Positions 10,450 to 17,911 of a stretch of 64,000 bases of DNA are shown here, in pieces (position 1 is the stretch's first letter; the number at the start of each line of letters is the position of its first letter). Under the pieces are notes generated by a model. It saw only the letters and a program-made list of their open reading frames with translations, did not search any database and was not told the DNA's origin. The translations under genes and the position numbers were made by a program. Source of the DNA: a virus (Duplodnaviria > Caudoviricetes); IMG/VR virus record IMGVR_UViG_2622736592_000004, positions 47,726 to 111,725 of that record; one strand, given 5' to 3'.

Positions 10450-10799
10450 GAGCGCTTACCGCCCTTCGTGCTGGTGGTGGAGGTGGTCGGGGCGGCGTTG
10501 GCGTCCTCGGCGGCGCTCGCGGTGTCGTCGGTGGTGGGCGTGTCGCCTCGGCCCTCACCGGCGGTGCCGTCACCCTTCGGAGCGGCATCGCCGCCAAGGT
10601 CGGTGCGGTACTTCGCCGGGCGGGCACGGCGACCCCAGTTGAGGGGGTAGTCCGGCACGGGGGTCATGCCGTCACGGATCGCGGTCTGCGGCACGTCGTA
10701 GCGGTGACCGGTGTCGGCGTCCTCCACCCACACGAACGGCACCCGGCCGGTCGTATCGCGTGGCGCAGACCGCCGGCCGCCGAGGCGGTCGTCAGCCAT
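10446..10799 (-). CDS. Hypothetical structural-region protein
   Basis: Coupled ORF with SD, between tail terminator and tail tube genes. Confidence 0.6.
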   Translation of the reverse strand: MADDRLGGRRSAPRDTTGRVPFVWVEDADTGHRYDVPQTAIRDGMTPVPDYPLNWGRRARPAKYRTDLGGDAAPKGDGTAGEGRGDTPTTDDTASAAEDANAAPTTSTTSTKGGKRS

Positions 10800-10810
10800 T
10801 ACTGGTCCTC

Positions 10811-11260
10811 TCAGGTCGTACGGATCGGGGAGCTGTGCAGGGTGAAGAACAAGGGCGTGAAGTAGATGCGCCTGCCATCCGGGGACTTGACGTTCGGATC
10901 GACGGCGGGCGGGCCGGGGATGCCGGGCTCCTGCTCGATGTCGCCGCAGCGCCGGCCGACGATGGTTGGTCGTTTGCGGTGCAGCACCCGCCGGGCGCGA
11001 TCAGCCGCCCCCAGCACATCGAGCGGGGTCAGGCCGACACACGTGATTTGGGTGCGGGTCCACACCTCACCGCCGTCCCCGGCGAGACGCTCCACCACCG
11101 GACTGCCGGGGGCACCCCACACCACGTAGTGCGGAAAGGTGAGCTGGTCGTCGGGCACGTTGACGTCGCCCTCATGCACCTCAAAGGCAGTGCCGGTACG
11201 CAGCAGGGCGGCGACGGCCTGGGCGTGATCGACGGACGGCTCAACCGACGGAGCGGTCAC
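10811..11260 (-). CDS. Tail terminator-like protein
   Basis: Position; 'PHYVVW...TQITCVG' pattern. Confidence 0.65.
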   Translation of the reverse strand: MTAPSVEPSVDHAQAVAALLRTGTAFEVHEGDVNVPDDQLTFPHYVVWGAPGSPVVERLAGDGGEVWTRTQITCVGLTPLDVLGAADRARRVLHRKRPTIVGRRCGDIEQEPGIPGPPAVDPNVKSPDGRRIYFTPLFFTLHSSPIRTT

Positions 11261-11274
11261 GCGGCCACCCCCGA

Positions 11275-11652
11275 TCAGTCGAACGGGTCGCCGATCGCCT
11301 CACACGCGGCGATGAAGCCTGGAGCCACGGCGTCGAGGGACGGGCCGACGAACGGCCGCGGGGCCATACGGGAAGTGCCGTGCTCGACGAACTTTGCGTA
11401 ATGGGCTTCCGGCCCGTACTCGCCTTCCATCGCCCCGGACCTGCCGTCGCCAGTGAACGAGGTCGTCACCGATGACCGCATGAAACCCGTGTCGACAGCC
11501 GCCAGCCGGCGGGCGACGCTTGCGCCTTCCTCGGTGGAGCGCCGGACCACCGCTGCGCCCTTCGCGCCGATCCGTTTCCCGGCGGTGCGTAACTGCGCCT
11601 CGATCGGTGCGAACTCCAGAACACCGTCCACCCAGATGGCAGCCACGGTCAC
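11275..11652 (-). CDS. HK97 gp10-like neck/tail completion protein
   Basis: 'VDTGFMRSS', 'YAKFVEHGTSRMAPRPFVGP' motifs; GTG overlaps the upstream TGA. Confidence 0.85.
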   Translation of the reverse strand: MTVAAIWVDGVLEFAPIEAQLRTAGKRIGAKGAAVVRRSTEEGASVARRLAAVDTGFMRSSVTTSFTGDGRSGAMEGEYGPEAHYAKFVEHGTSRMAPRPFVGPSLDAVAPGFIAACEAIGDPFD

Positions 11653-12080
11653 CCCCGACGGTTGATGGGTTCCTCGATGTCGCAGCCGACGTTGCGCTGC
11701 CACGACAGGCCAGAGCGGGGCACATCCACCACCCGCAGCCGCACACCCGGCAGAGACGGGTCGCCGTCGCAGCCGTCGACCACCCACACATCCCGGACGT
11801 GCGGGACGGGGGTCTCGGCGGGCAGCACGAGCAGGTATCCGCCGACCGCCACGATCCGGTCGGCCTGCATGCCCTGCGCGCCGCTGTTCGCGCGGATCCG
11901 CGCCTGACCCGAGTAGATGAGCGCCGGATCTGGAAACGTGGTCGTGCCGGTAGCCGGATCACGCACGCCCGTCTCGGAGGGGCGCAGCAGTCGACCGGTC
12001 ACGGTCATCGCAGCCTCAGACACCGGACGGTGGTGCGCCTCGAAACGAGAATGAATCAGGCGGTGGTTGGGCAGCGGCAT
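11649..12080 (-). CDS. Head-tail stopper-like protein (DUF6093-like)
   Basis: 'DPATGTTT...IYSGQARI' motif; position. Confidence 0.7.
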   Translation of the reverse strand: MPLPNHRLIHSRFEAHHRPVSEAAMTVTGRLLRPSETGVRDPATGTTTFPDPALIYSGQARIRANSGAQGMQADRIVAVGGYLLVLPAETPVPHVRDVWVVDGCDGDPSLPGVRLRVVDVPRSGLSWQRNVGCDIEEPINRRG

Positions 12081-12091
12081 CAGGGCACCCC

Positions 12092-12748
12092 CTAGAGGTA
12101 CGAGTCGCCCCAGCTCACCGCCGGAGGGAAGGCGTACAGCGGCAGCAGATTCTGCCCAGGGGCCGTGCCATCGTCTTGCTCCTCGTCGGCTGCCTGTTCT
12201 CGCAACGTCTTCGCCAACGCCCTCAGTTCGGCGGCGACAGCAGCGCCGTTCGTCGTCAGGTCTTGCATGCTAATGACCTTGGAGATCAGCACCTCCGACC
12301 CGGCGATGATTTCCAGCGCGGCGGCGGCACCCCGCTTGACGCTGCTTCCCTCGGCGGTGATCAGTGCGGCAAGCTGGGCGTCCTCGAACAGCGGGGCTGT
12401 CTCGTCAAGGTCGGAGATCCGCAGTCGCACCATGCCGATAGGGGTGGCCGGGTCAACCGTGATGGGCGGTAGGCCTACCAGGTCGCGGGCTACAACGAAC
12501 CTGCCTTGCACCGCATCCTCGGCGGTACCGGTCGCGGTGAGGCTGTACGTGTGGGTTCCGGGGGCTGCAACCTGGTAGACGGCCCGGTAGGTGCTGCCAT
12601 CAGCGGTGACCGTCATGGCAGCGGTCGTGCCGTCGGGGCGGGTCACCTCACCCGCTACGGTCGCGCCCGTCACCGGGTCGCCGTTGACACCACGCAGCGT
12701 CCATTCGGCGATGAACTGCTGCCCCTGCCAGTAGACGCGTGCGCTCAC
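12092..12748 (-). CDS. Head-tail adaptor with an extra N-terminal Ig/BppU-like beta domain
   Basis: C-terminal 'TPIGMVRLRISD...FEDAQLAALI' adaptor motif; N-terminal ~95 aa beta-rich. Confidence 0.7.
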   Translation of the reverse strand: MSARVYWQGQQFIAEWTLRGVNGDPVTGATVAGEVTRPDGTTAAMTVTADGSTYRAVYQVAAPGTHTYSLTATGTAEDAVQGRFVVARDLVGLPPITVDPATPIGMVRLRISDLDETAPLFEDAQLAALITAEGSSVKRGAAAALEIIAGSEVLISKVISMQDLTTNGAAVAAELRALAKTLREQAADEEQDDGTAPGQNLLPLYAFPPAVSWGDSYL

Positions 12749-14079
12749 AGCAGGGTCACCTCCGACCGTTGAGGCGTGGAGACTGTGCTGCCGGCGGGGA
12801 TACGAACCTCGCCCCGGGCGGGTGGCGGGAGGGCGACGCCTGCAACCGACCATCCGGTGCTGATGGTCCCCTCCGCCGTGGCGGCTGTTGACCAGACTGC
12901 GTCTAGGGTTCCGCCTACGGGGGCGGTGACCGCCCAGCCGGTGGTGATCGCACCCGACGTGGGGGCGGCCACATCCCACACGGTGGCGGTGCTACCGGCG
13001 GCCGTTGACCGCACAGACCACGAGGTGCCCGCGCTGCCGCCGACTGTGGCCGAGGTAGCCCAGCCGGTGGAGGCGCTGCCTGCCGCCGCCGCCAACGCCG
13101 ACCACGCGGTGCTGACACTGCCGCCCGTTGAGGTAGCCGTCGCCCAGCCAGTTACCGTGCTGCCCGACACCTGCGCGGCCACATCCCACGATGTGCTGAC
13201 CCCACCGCCAGCCGCAGCGTCAACCGACCAACCGGTGGCGACCGCGCCCGACACGGTGGATGCCACAGACCATCCGGTCGCTGTCGACCCGGATGCCGTT
13301 GACGCCACCGACCACGCAGAGGCCACCGCACTAGACAGCGGGGAGGCCACCGACCAGGTGGTGCCCGCGCCGCCCGTGACCGGAGCCGACAGCGACCAGG
13401 CAGTGCCCACCGCACCCGACACAGGTGTGGTTGTCGCAGTTGGGGCGACCTCCACCAGCAGACCGATCATGGAGCTGCTGACATCGGAGGTGACAGTCTC
13501 CCCGCCGTAACTGCCTGTCGACCCGACCAGCACATACCCGGCCGCCGCCCGCACGTTCGCGTTCGTCGTCGCCCGAGACGTGCTGGTGTCGACGACCTCC
13601 GTGTAGGAGCCGTCGAGGTTGATGTTGGTGGGGATCGTGCCGGACCCGACGCGGCTGTGTGCGTCCACCAGCAGCGCCGCACCGGCTGTGACACCTGTCA
13701 GGGTGGGCAGGGTGACCGTGGTGCCGGTCGCGTTGGCGGCGGCGGCCTGAGCGATGCTGTCCGCCCCGCGCACCACCAGCAGCTCCCAGCCGCCCGTCAC
13801 GCTGCCCGAGTTGGTGATTGTCGGCGCGGTGTCCCCGGATTGCAGGATCCGATACCAGGCGTACATCCGGGATGCGGACCCATCCGCGTACGGCCACGTC
13901 ACCCCGGGTAGCAGCGTCCACCCGGCCGGCGTGGACATGGTGAGGGATCCGCCGGACACGTGCCCGACTAGCAGGCCAATGTCGCCGTCAGCCCACCCGA
14001 CAGGAAAGCTGGTGGCGAACGATGTCGCGGTCGCTGAGCCGGGGTTGCCGGAGGCGACACCCACGTAGGAGACCGCCAC
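12745..14079 (-). CDS. Putative head/neck fibre with 14-residue Trp repeats
   Basis: 14 Trp residues at exact 14-aa spacing in the C-terminal half; beta-rich N-terminal domain. Confidence 0.65.
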   Translation of the reverse strand: MAVSYVGVASGNPGSATATSFATSFPVGWADGDIGLLVGHVSGGSLTMSTPAGWTLLPGVTWPYADGSASRMYAWYRILQSGDTAPTITNSGSVTGGWELLVVRGADSIAQAAAANATGTTVTLPTLTGVTAGAALLVDAHSRVGSGTIPTNINLDGSYTEVVDTSTSRATTNANVRAAAGYVLVGSTGSYGGETVTSDVSSSMIGLLVEVAPTATTTPVSGAVGTAWSLSAPVTGGAGTTWSVASPLSSAVASAWSVASTASGSTATGWSVASTVSGAVATGWSVDAAAGGGVSTSWDVAAQVSGSTVTGWATATSTGGSVSTAWSALAAAAGSASTGWATSATVGGSAGTSWSVRSTAAGSTATVWDVAAPTSGAITTGWAVTAPVGGTLDAVWSTAATAEGTISTGWSVAGVALPPPARGEVRIPAGSTVSTPQRSEVTLL

Positions 14080-14095
14080 CGCGACCTCCTGCCCG

Positions 14096-15022
14096 TCAGC
14101 GCATCAGGTCGACGAACGCGGCCCGCTCGCGGTCCCGCACGTACGTCCGCCCGTCCGGGTAGGTCAGGGTCGCGTCGAGGTGGCAGTTGCCCCGGTAGAA
14201 CCACGCGACGTCCGGCACGTCCGGCTGCGCCCGCAGGTACGCCATGTTGTCCCGCATCGCCTGCGCGCAGATCGCCCCGTCAGGGTCGTAGGCGGCACCG
14301 GACTTGAGCGTCGGCTTCCGTTGGATGCCCCACTCGGGGATCACCAGCGGACGGCCAACGCGCCGCGCCTGAGCGAGCGCGAAGTCGTTCCGCTCGACCG
14401 GGGTGCGATACCGCTCGTATCCGGTGTCGTAGATGTCGAACCCGACGGCGTCCACCCCATCAAACGCCGCCGCCTGCCCGAAGTCCTGCCACCATGCGTT
14501 GTTGCGGCGCGCGGCGTACTCCGTGAAAACGGGCACCAGCCACACCTCACGCCGTCGTGGATGGTCGGCGAGCGCTTCGAGCAGCTCCAGCCACTCCTGC
14601 CGGTACTCCGCCGGGGTTGGGTCTCCGGAGTCCTGCTGCTCAGGCTCGTGGTCCAGGGTCAGCAGGTCCACCACGCCACGCCTCGCCGCCGGCCGCGCCG
14701 ACAGCCAGTCCCGGATCAGCGCCGGGGATGTCGTGCGAGACCAGTCCTTGAACGAGTAGTGCAGCACCGTGTCCACCGGCACCTGGGCGAGCATCCCCGA
14801 CGACCACGGCGCGATGCCCTTTCCCGGTGCGCTGTAGAGGCGCATCAGTCGGGGCTGCGGGTAGCGGGTGGCCATGCGCTGGATGTCCGTCACGGTGCTG
14901 TCCGGTGGGCACCAGCCGAGCAGGGTCGACCCGTCCTGCACGGTAACCGTCGTCGCCGTGACGGTGGTGTTGCCGGTGGCGTCACGTACCCGCCCGGTCA
15001 ACACGACCGTGCGGGCTGCCAT
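14096..15022 (-). CDS. Glycoside hydrolase, GH26/clan GH-A-like TIM barrel
   Basis: 'DHEPE' (acid/base), 'DAVGFDIYD', 'IPEWG' (nucleophile), C-terminal 'AWFY'. Confidence 0.65.
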   Translation of the reverse strand: MAARTVVLTGRVRDATGNTTVTATTVTVQDGSTLLGWCPPDSTVTDIQRMATRYPQPRLMRLYSAPGKGIAPWSSGMLAQVPVDTVLHYSFKDWSRTTSPALIRDWLSARPAARRGVVDLLTLDHEPEQQDSGDPTPAEYRQEWLELLEALADHPRRREVWLVPVFTEYAARRNNAWWQDFGQAAAFDGVDAVGFDIYDTGYERYRTPVERNDFALAQARRVGRPLVIPEWGIQRKPTLKSGAAYDPDGAICAQAMRDNMAYLRAQPDVPDVAWFYRGNCHLDATLTYPDGRTYVRDRERAAFVDLMR

Positions 15023-15294
15023 CAGGCGACCGAGACTGTGAACCGGCCGGGGGCCGACGGGTCCTCGACGATCGTCACGCCCGGGTCATTGGCGGTCAGC
15101 TCGTAGGTGAGCGGATCCCCGACCGTGACCGTGGTCGTGGCGGACGCGGTGGCACCGTTGGCGTCGGTGACGCTGCCGGACAGGGTGATGGTGCGGGCGT
15201 CCGGGTCGAACGCGTCGATCCACACCTGCACCGCCTGGCCGGGCTGCACCGTGTCGGGGGAGGCGACAATCGAACGGATGATGGGGGCGGCCAT
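15022..15294 (-). CDS. Small Ig-like structural protein
   Basis: All-beta pattern 'ASPDTVQPGQAVQVWIDAFDPD...TVTVGD'; alternative start at 15315. Confidence 0.6.
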   Translation of the reverse strand: MAAPIIRSIVASPDTVQPGQAVQVWIDAFDPDARTITLSGSVTDANGATASATTTVTVGDPLTYELTANDPGVTIVEDPSAPGRFTVSVA

Positions 15295-15318
15295 GCGGCG
15301 TCCAATCTGAATCATGGG

Positions 15319-15855
15319 TCAGAGGGTGTCGCCGAGCCAGGCGAAAGTGGCTCCGTCGGCGGCGAGAGGGGCGGTGTTGGCGGCGGTGCGGCGCACCCAG
15401 AACGCCTTCACCTGACCGGGGCCAATGTCGCCGAGGCTGAGCGCAGCCCCGCTCGTGGTCGGAGTGGAGAACGTGACCCCAGCCGGGGCGGTCGTGTCGT
15501 TGGCGATCGTGACGGCCTGAGCCGACGACGACCCGACAGCGGATACGGCGGTCGGATCCACACCGATCGCCACCGACGCACCACCCGACACTTCGGCGGA
15601 GACGTACACCTTCGCCGCCTGGAGTGTCAGGCTGCCGTGGGTGTTGTGCACGAACACGCAGGCGTAGTCGACCTGGCTCGCCGCGTTCTCCGCGCCGGTG
15701 ATGTTGGGGAACAGGCCGTTGGTGCTGCCGTCGGCGACGGTGGTCGTCGACACGTACTTGCCGAGAGATGCCCCCACCACCCCGGCGGTGGTGTTACCCG
15801 CAGAGCCTGAGGTGGTGGACAGCTTGAACACGATGTCGGACGCGACGATCGCCAC
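15319..15855 (-). CDS. Virion structural protein, first gene of the appendage cassette
   Basis: Strong SD (CAGGAGG); 'SLGKYVS...NGLFPNIT..EN..DYACVFVHN' pattern. Confidence 0.65.
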   Translation of the reverse strand: MAIVASDIVFKLSTTSGSAGNTTAGVVGASLGKYVSTTTVADGSTNGLFPNITGAENAASQVDYACVFVHNTHGSLTLQAAKVYVSAEVSGGASVAIGVDPTAVSAVGSSSAQAVTIANDTTAPAGVTFSTPTTSGAALSLGDIGPGQVKAFWVRRTAANTAPLAADGATFAWLGDTL

Positions 15856-15917
15856 GACACACCTCCTGCTGGCGGGTTGCGATCACGAGAACCTGCGCTG
15901 CGCGCGGATGCTGGACA

Positions 15918-15949
15918 CCCCGGCCGCCCGGGGAGAGGGGCGGCCGGGG
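15918..15949 (-). terminator. Stem-loop after the capsid operon
   Basis: 12-bp stem CCCCGGCCGCCC/GGGCGGCCGGGG just after the 15961 stop. Confidence 0.55.
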
Positions 15950-15960
15950 GTGCTCAGGGG

Positions 15961-16458
15961 TTACTGCTGCCGCTGCTGGGCGAGCTTGACCAGGTCGGCC
16001 TTGTCCTGCTTGGCCAGGTCGTCGTAGTCGCCGCCCTGCTTGACGTGCCACTCCACCCACACCGGCTGACCGGCGTTGGGGTGCGGCATCGACCCGTCCT
16101 TGGGCAGCTTCGCCTGCGCGGCAGCCCTCTTCGAGTCAGCCGAGTCGGCGTCGGACTGGTCCCCGGTGGGCTGCTCGCCCGACGAGTAGGTGGAGGTGAG
16201 CACGCCGTCGCTGTCGCGGCGCGGCACGTCGTCGTCGAGGTCGTCTGCCTCGATGGTGGTGAGGCCGTCGGCGTTCACCCCGCCCGTCTCATCCCCGCCC
16301 ACCTTGACGACGAGGCCAGTGTCGAGCAGGTGCTTCAGTTCGGGGGCGTTGCCCGGAACCAGCGCGCCCTTGTACAGCAGGACGCGGGTGCGGCCGGACG
16401 GGGTGTCGGTGGAGACGTAGGCGCATTCGCCGACGATCTGGTAGGTCGCGTCACTCAT
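15961..16458 (-). CDS. Hypothetical protein after the capsid gene
   Basis: Acidic linker with a short helical C-terminus; SD AGGA. Confidence 0.7.
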   Translation of the reverse strand: MSDATYQIVGECAYVSTDTPSGRTRVLLYKGALVPGNAPELKHLLDTGLVVKVGGDETGGVNADGLTTIEADDLDDDVPRRDSDGVLTSTYSSGEQPTGDQSDADSADSKRAAAQAKLPKDGSMPHPNAGQPVWVEWHVKQGGDYDDLAKQDKADLVKLAQQRQQ

Positions 16459-16473
16459 CGGTCATCCGTCCTG

Positions 16474-17409
16474 TCAGCCCAGCGAGCCAGTGCCGGTGAT
16501 CTTGATGGCGGCACCCGGCTCCTGAATGACCGGCACCGTGATGCGGCGGGCCCAGACGTCCCAGGCGTCCCGCTCGTCGATCCGCTTCGTCTTGTACTGG
16601 AGGCCGTTGTCGAGGGTCGCGTAGCCCGGGTCCACGTCAGTCTCGTCGGCCATACCGCCCAGCTCGTCCCGGTCGAACACCCACACGTCGTCGCTGGGCA
16701 GGTTCGCCACCGCCGTGGCGATGATCTCGTACTTGCCGAGACGGTCGATCTCGCCGCCGTAGATCGGGTTGTCGGAGGTTTCCCGACGCCGCAGCGCCGC
16801 GATCGCCGGATCGGTCACGAGCATCGCGTACTTGGTGGTGGACATGAGCACCGCGTTCGGGTTGTACCCCTGGTTCAGGTCGACGATCTTCGCCGCCGCG
16901 ACCTCCACGTCCCGGAACAGAGCCGGCGACGCGGCGTTCCACGCGGCAGCCGCAGTCGACACGTTGGTGACCGCCGACGCCATCGCCGCCGTCGACAGCT
17001 TGTCGACCTTCGAGATGACCGTGTTCGCGGTCTTCCGCAGCGCCCGGTTCACCTCCTGACCCATGTACACGCTGCGCTTCAGCTTCTCGTCGGTGAGCTG
17101 GACCGCCTGACCCCACTTGCTGACCGCAGCCAGCGCGGCGGTGCCCTCGGCGGGCGTGTCACGCGGGTACTCGGAGCCGGGGGCCACCGACTCGATGGCC
17201 CGACTGTTCATGATCGGCTCGGACATCTCGTAGGCGACCGCGCCGCCCTGGGTGCGGATGCGGTTGGTGAGGATCCGGTCCGCGACGAACCGCAGCTCGG
17301 CGATGGTACGCAGCCGACGCTGGAGGCGGGTCGGGTCCTGGAGGAGACGGTGGATGGTGAGCAGGTCGCCGGCCAGCGTGGGGGCGGCCGGAGGGTAAGC
17401 GCCCGGCAT
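16474..17409 (-). CDS. Major capsid protein
   Basis: 311 aa after the decoration gene; 'VAPGSEYP', 'KWG' and terminal 'PVIQEPGAAIKITG'. Confidence 0.9.
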   Translation of the reverse strand: MPGAYPPAAPTLAGDLLTIHRLLQDPTRLQRRLRTIAELRFVADRILTNRIRTQGGAVAYEMSEPIMNSRAIESVAPGSEYPRDTPAEGTAALAAVSKWGQAVQLTDEKLKRSVYMGQEVNRALRKTANTVISKVDKLSTAAMASAVTNVSTAAAAWNAASPALFRDVEVAAAKIVDLNQGYNPNAVLMSTTKYAMLVTDPAIAALRRRETSDNPIYGGEIDRLGKYEIIATAVANLPSDDVWVFDRDELGGMADETDVDPGYATLDNGLQYKTKRIDERDAWDVWARRITVPVIQEPGAAIKITGTGSLG

Positions 17410-17549
17410 TCGGGGGTTCCTTCCATGGTTGCCCGGCTGGCGGGCACGACGAAAAGGCCCAGCACGCGGGTGCGCGTGGGGGCGTAGGTGTGTGCGGGGT
17501 GTTCCGGTGGTGCCCGCCGCCGGTCAGGTCGGCGGGCAACCGGCGCGGG

Positions 17550-17909
17550 TCAGATTTCCATCCACTCCACGGCAGCGCCGTCGGCGGCCGTGGTCAGGGC
17601 GATTCCGACGTTCGTGACGGCGGCGGTGCCGGAGGCGACGGTGCCGGCCGCACCGGCGTCGACGCGGGCGGCGGCGGTGATCGCACCGGAGGCGGTGGAC
17701 ACGTGGACCTTGCCGCGCGGGAAGTAGGACACGCGGGCCCCGGACGCGGCGTCGAACGCGGCGACCCCGATGACGGCAGCCGACGCGGCACCAGCGGGGC
17801 CGACGGTGCCGTTGCCGGTCACGGCGAGCACCTGACCGCCGGTGACGGTCGCCGACGTGGTGCCGGTGATCTGGTCCGAGTACAGGAACTTCGGCTCGTA
17901 GGCACCCAT
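17550..17909 (-). CDS. Capsid decoration/cement protein (DUF2190-like)
   Basis: 119-aa Ala/Gly/Thr-rich; 'IGVAAFDAASG', 'VGIALTTAADG'. Confidence 0.8.
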   Translation of the reverse strand: MGAYEPKFLYSDQITGTTSATVTGGQVLAVTGNGTVGPAGAASAAVIGVAAFDAASGARVSYFPRGKVHVSTASGAITAAARVDAGAAGTVASGTAAVTNVGIALTTAADGAAVEWMEI

Positions 17910-17911
17910 GG

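Noticed and set aside
13992-14005. CCCA + CCCGACAGGA matches the first 10 nt of the predicted TnpB guide (possible self-target)
   Set aside because: Only 10 nt match, the TAM is undetermined and the match was found post hoc; treated as chance unless the TAM proves to be CCNA
15877-17487. Long antisense ORFs (also 22745-24052, 61315-62994 and similar)
   Set aside because: Shadows of real genes in high-GC DNA; Arg/Pro/Gly-rich with no motifs
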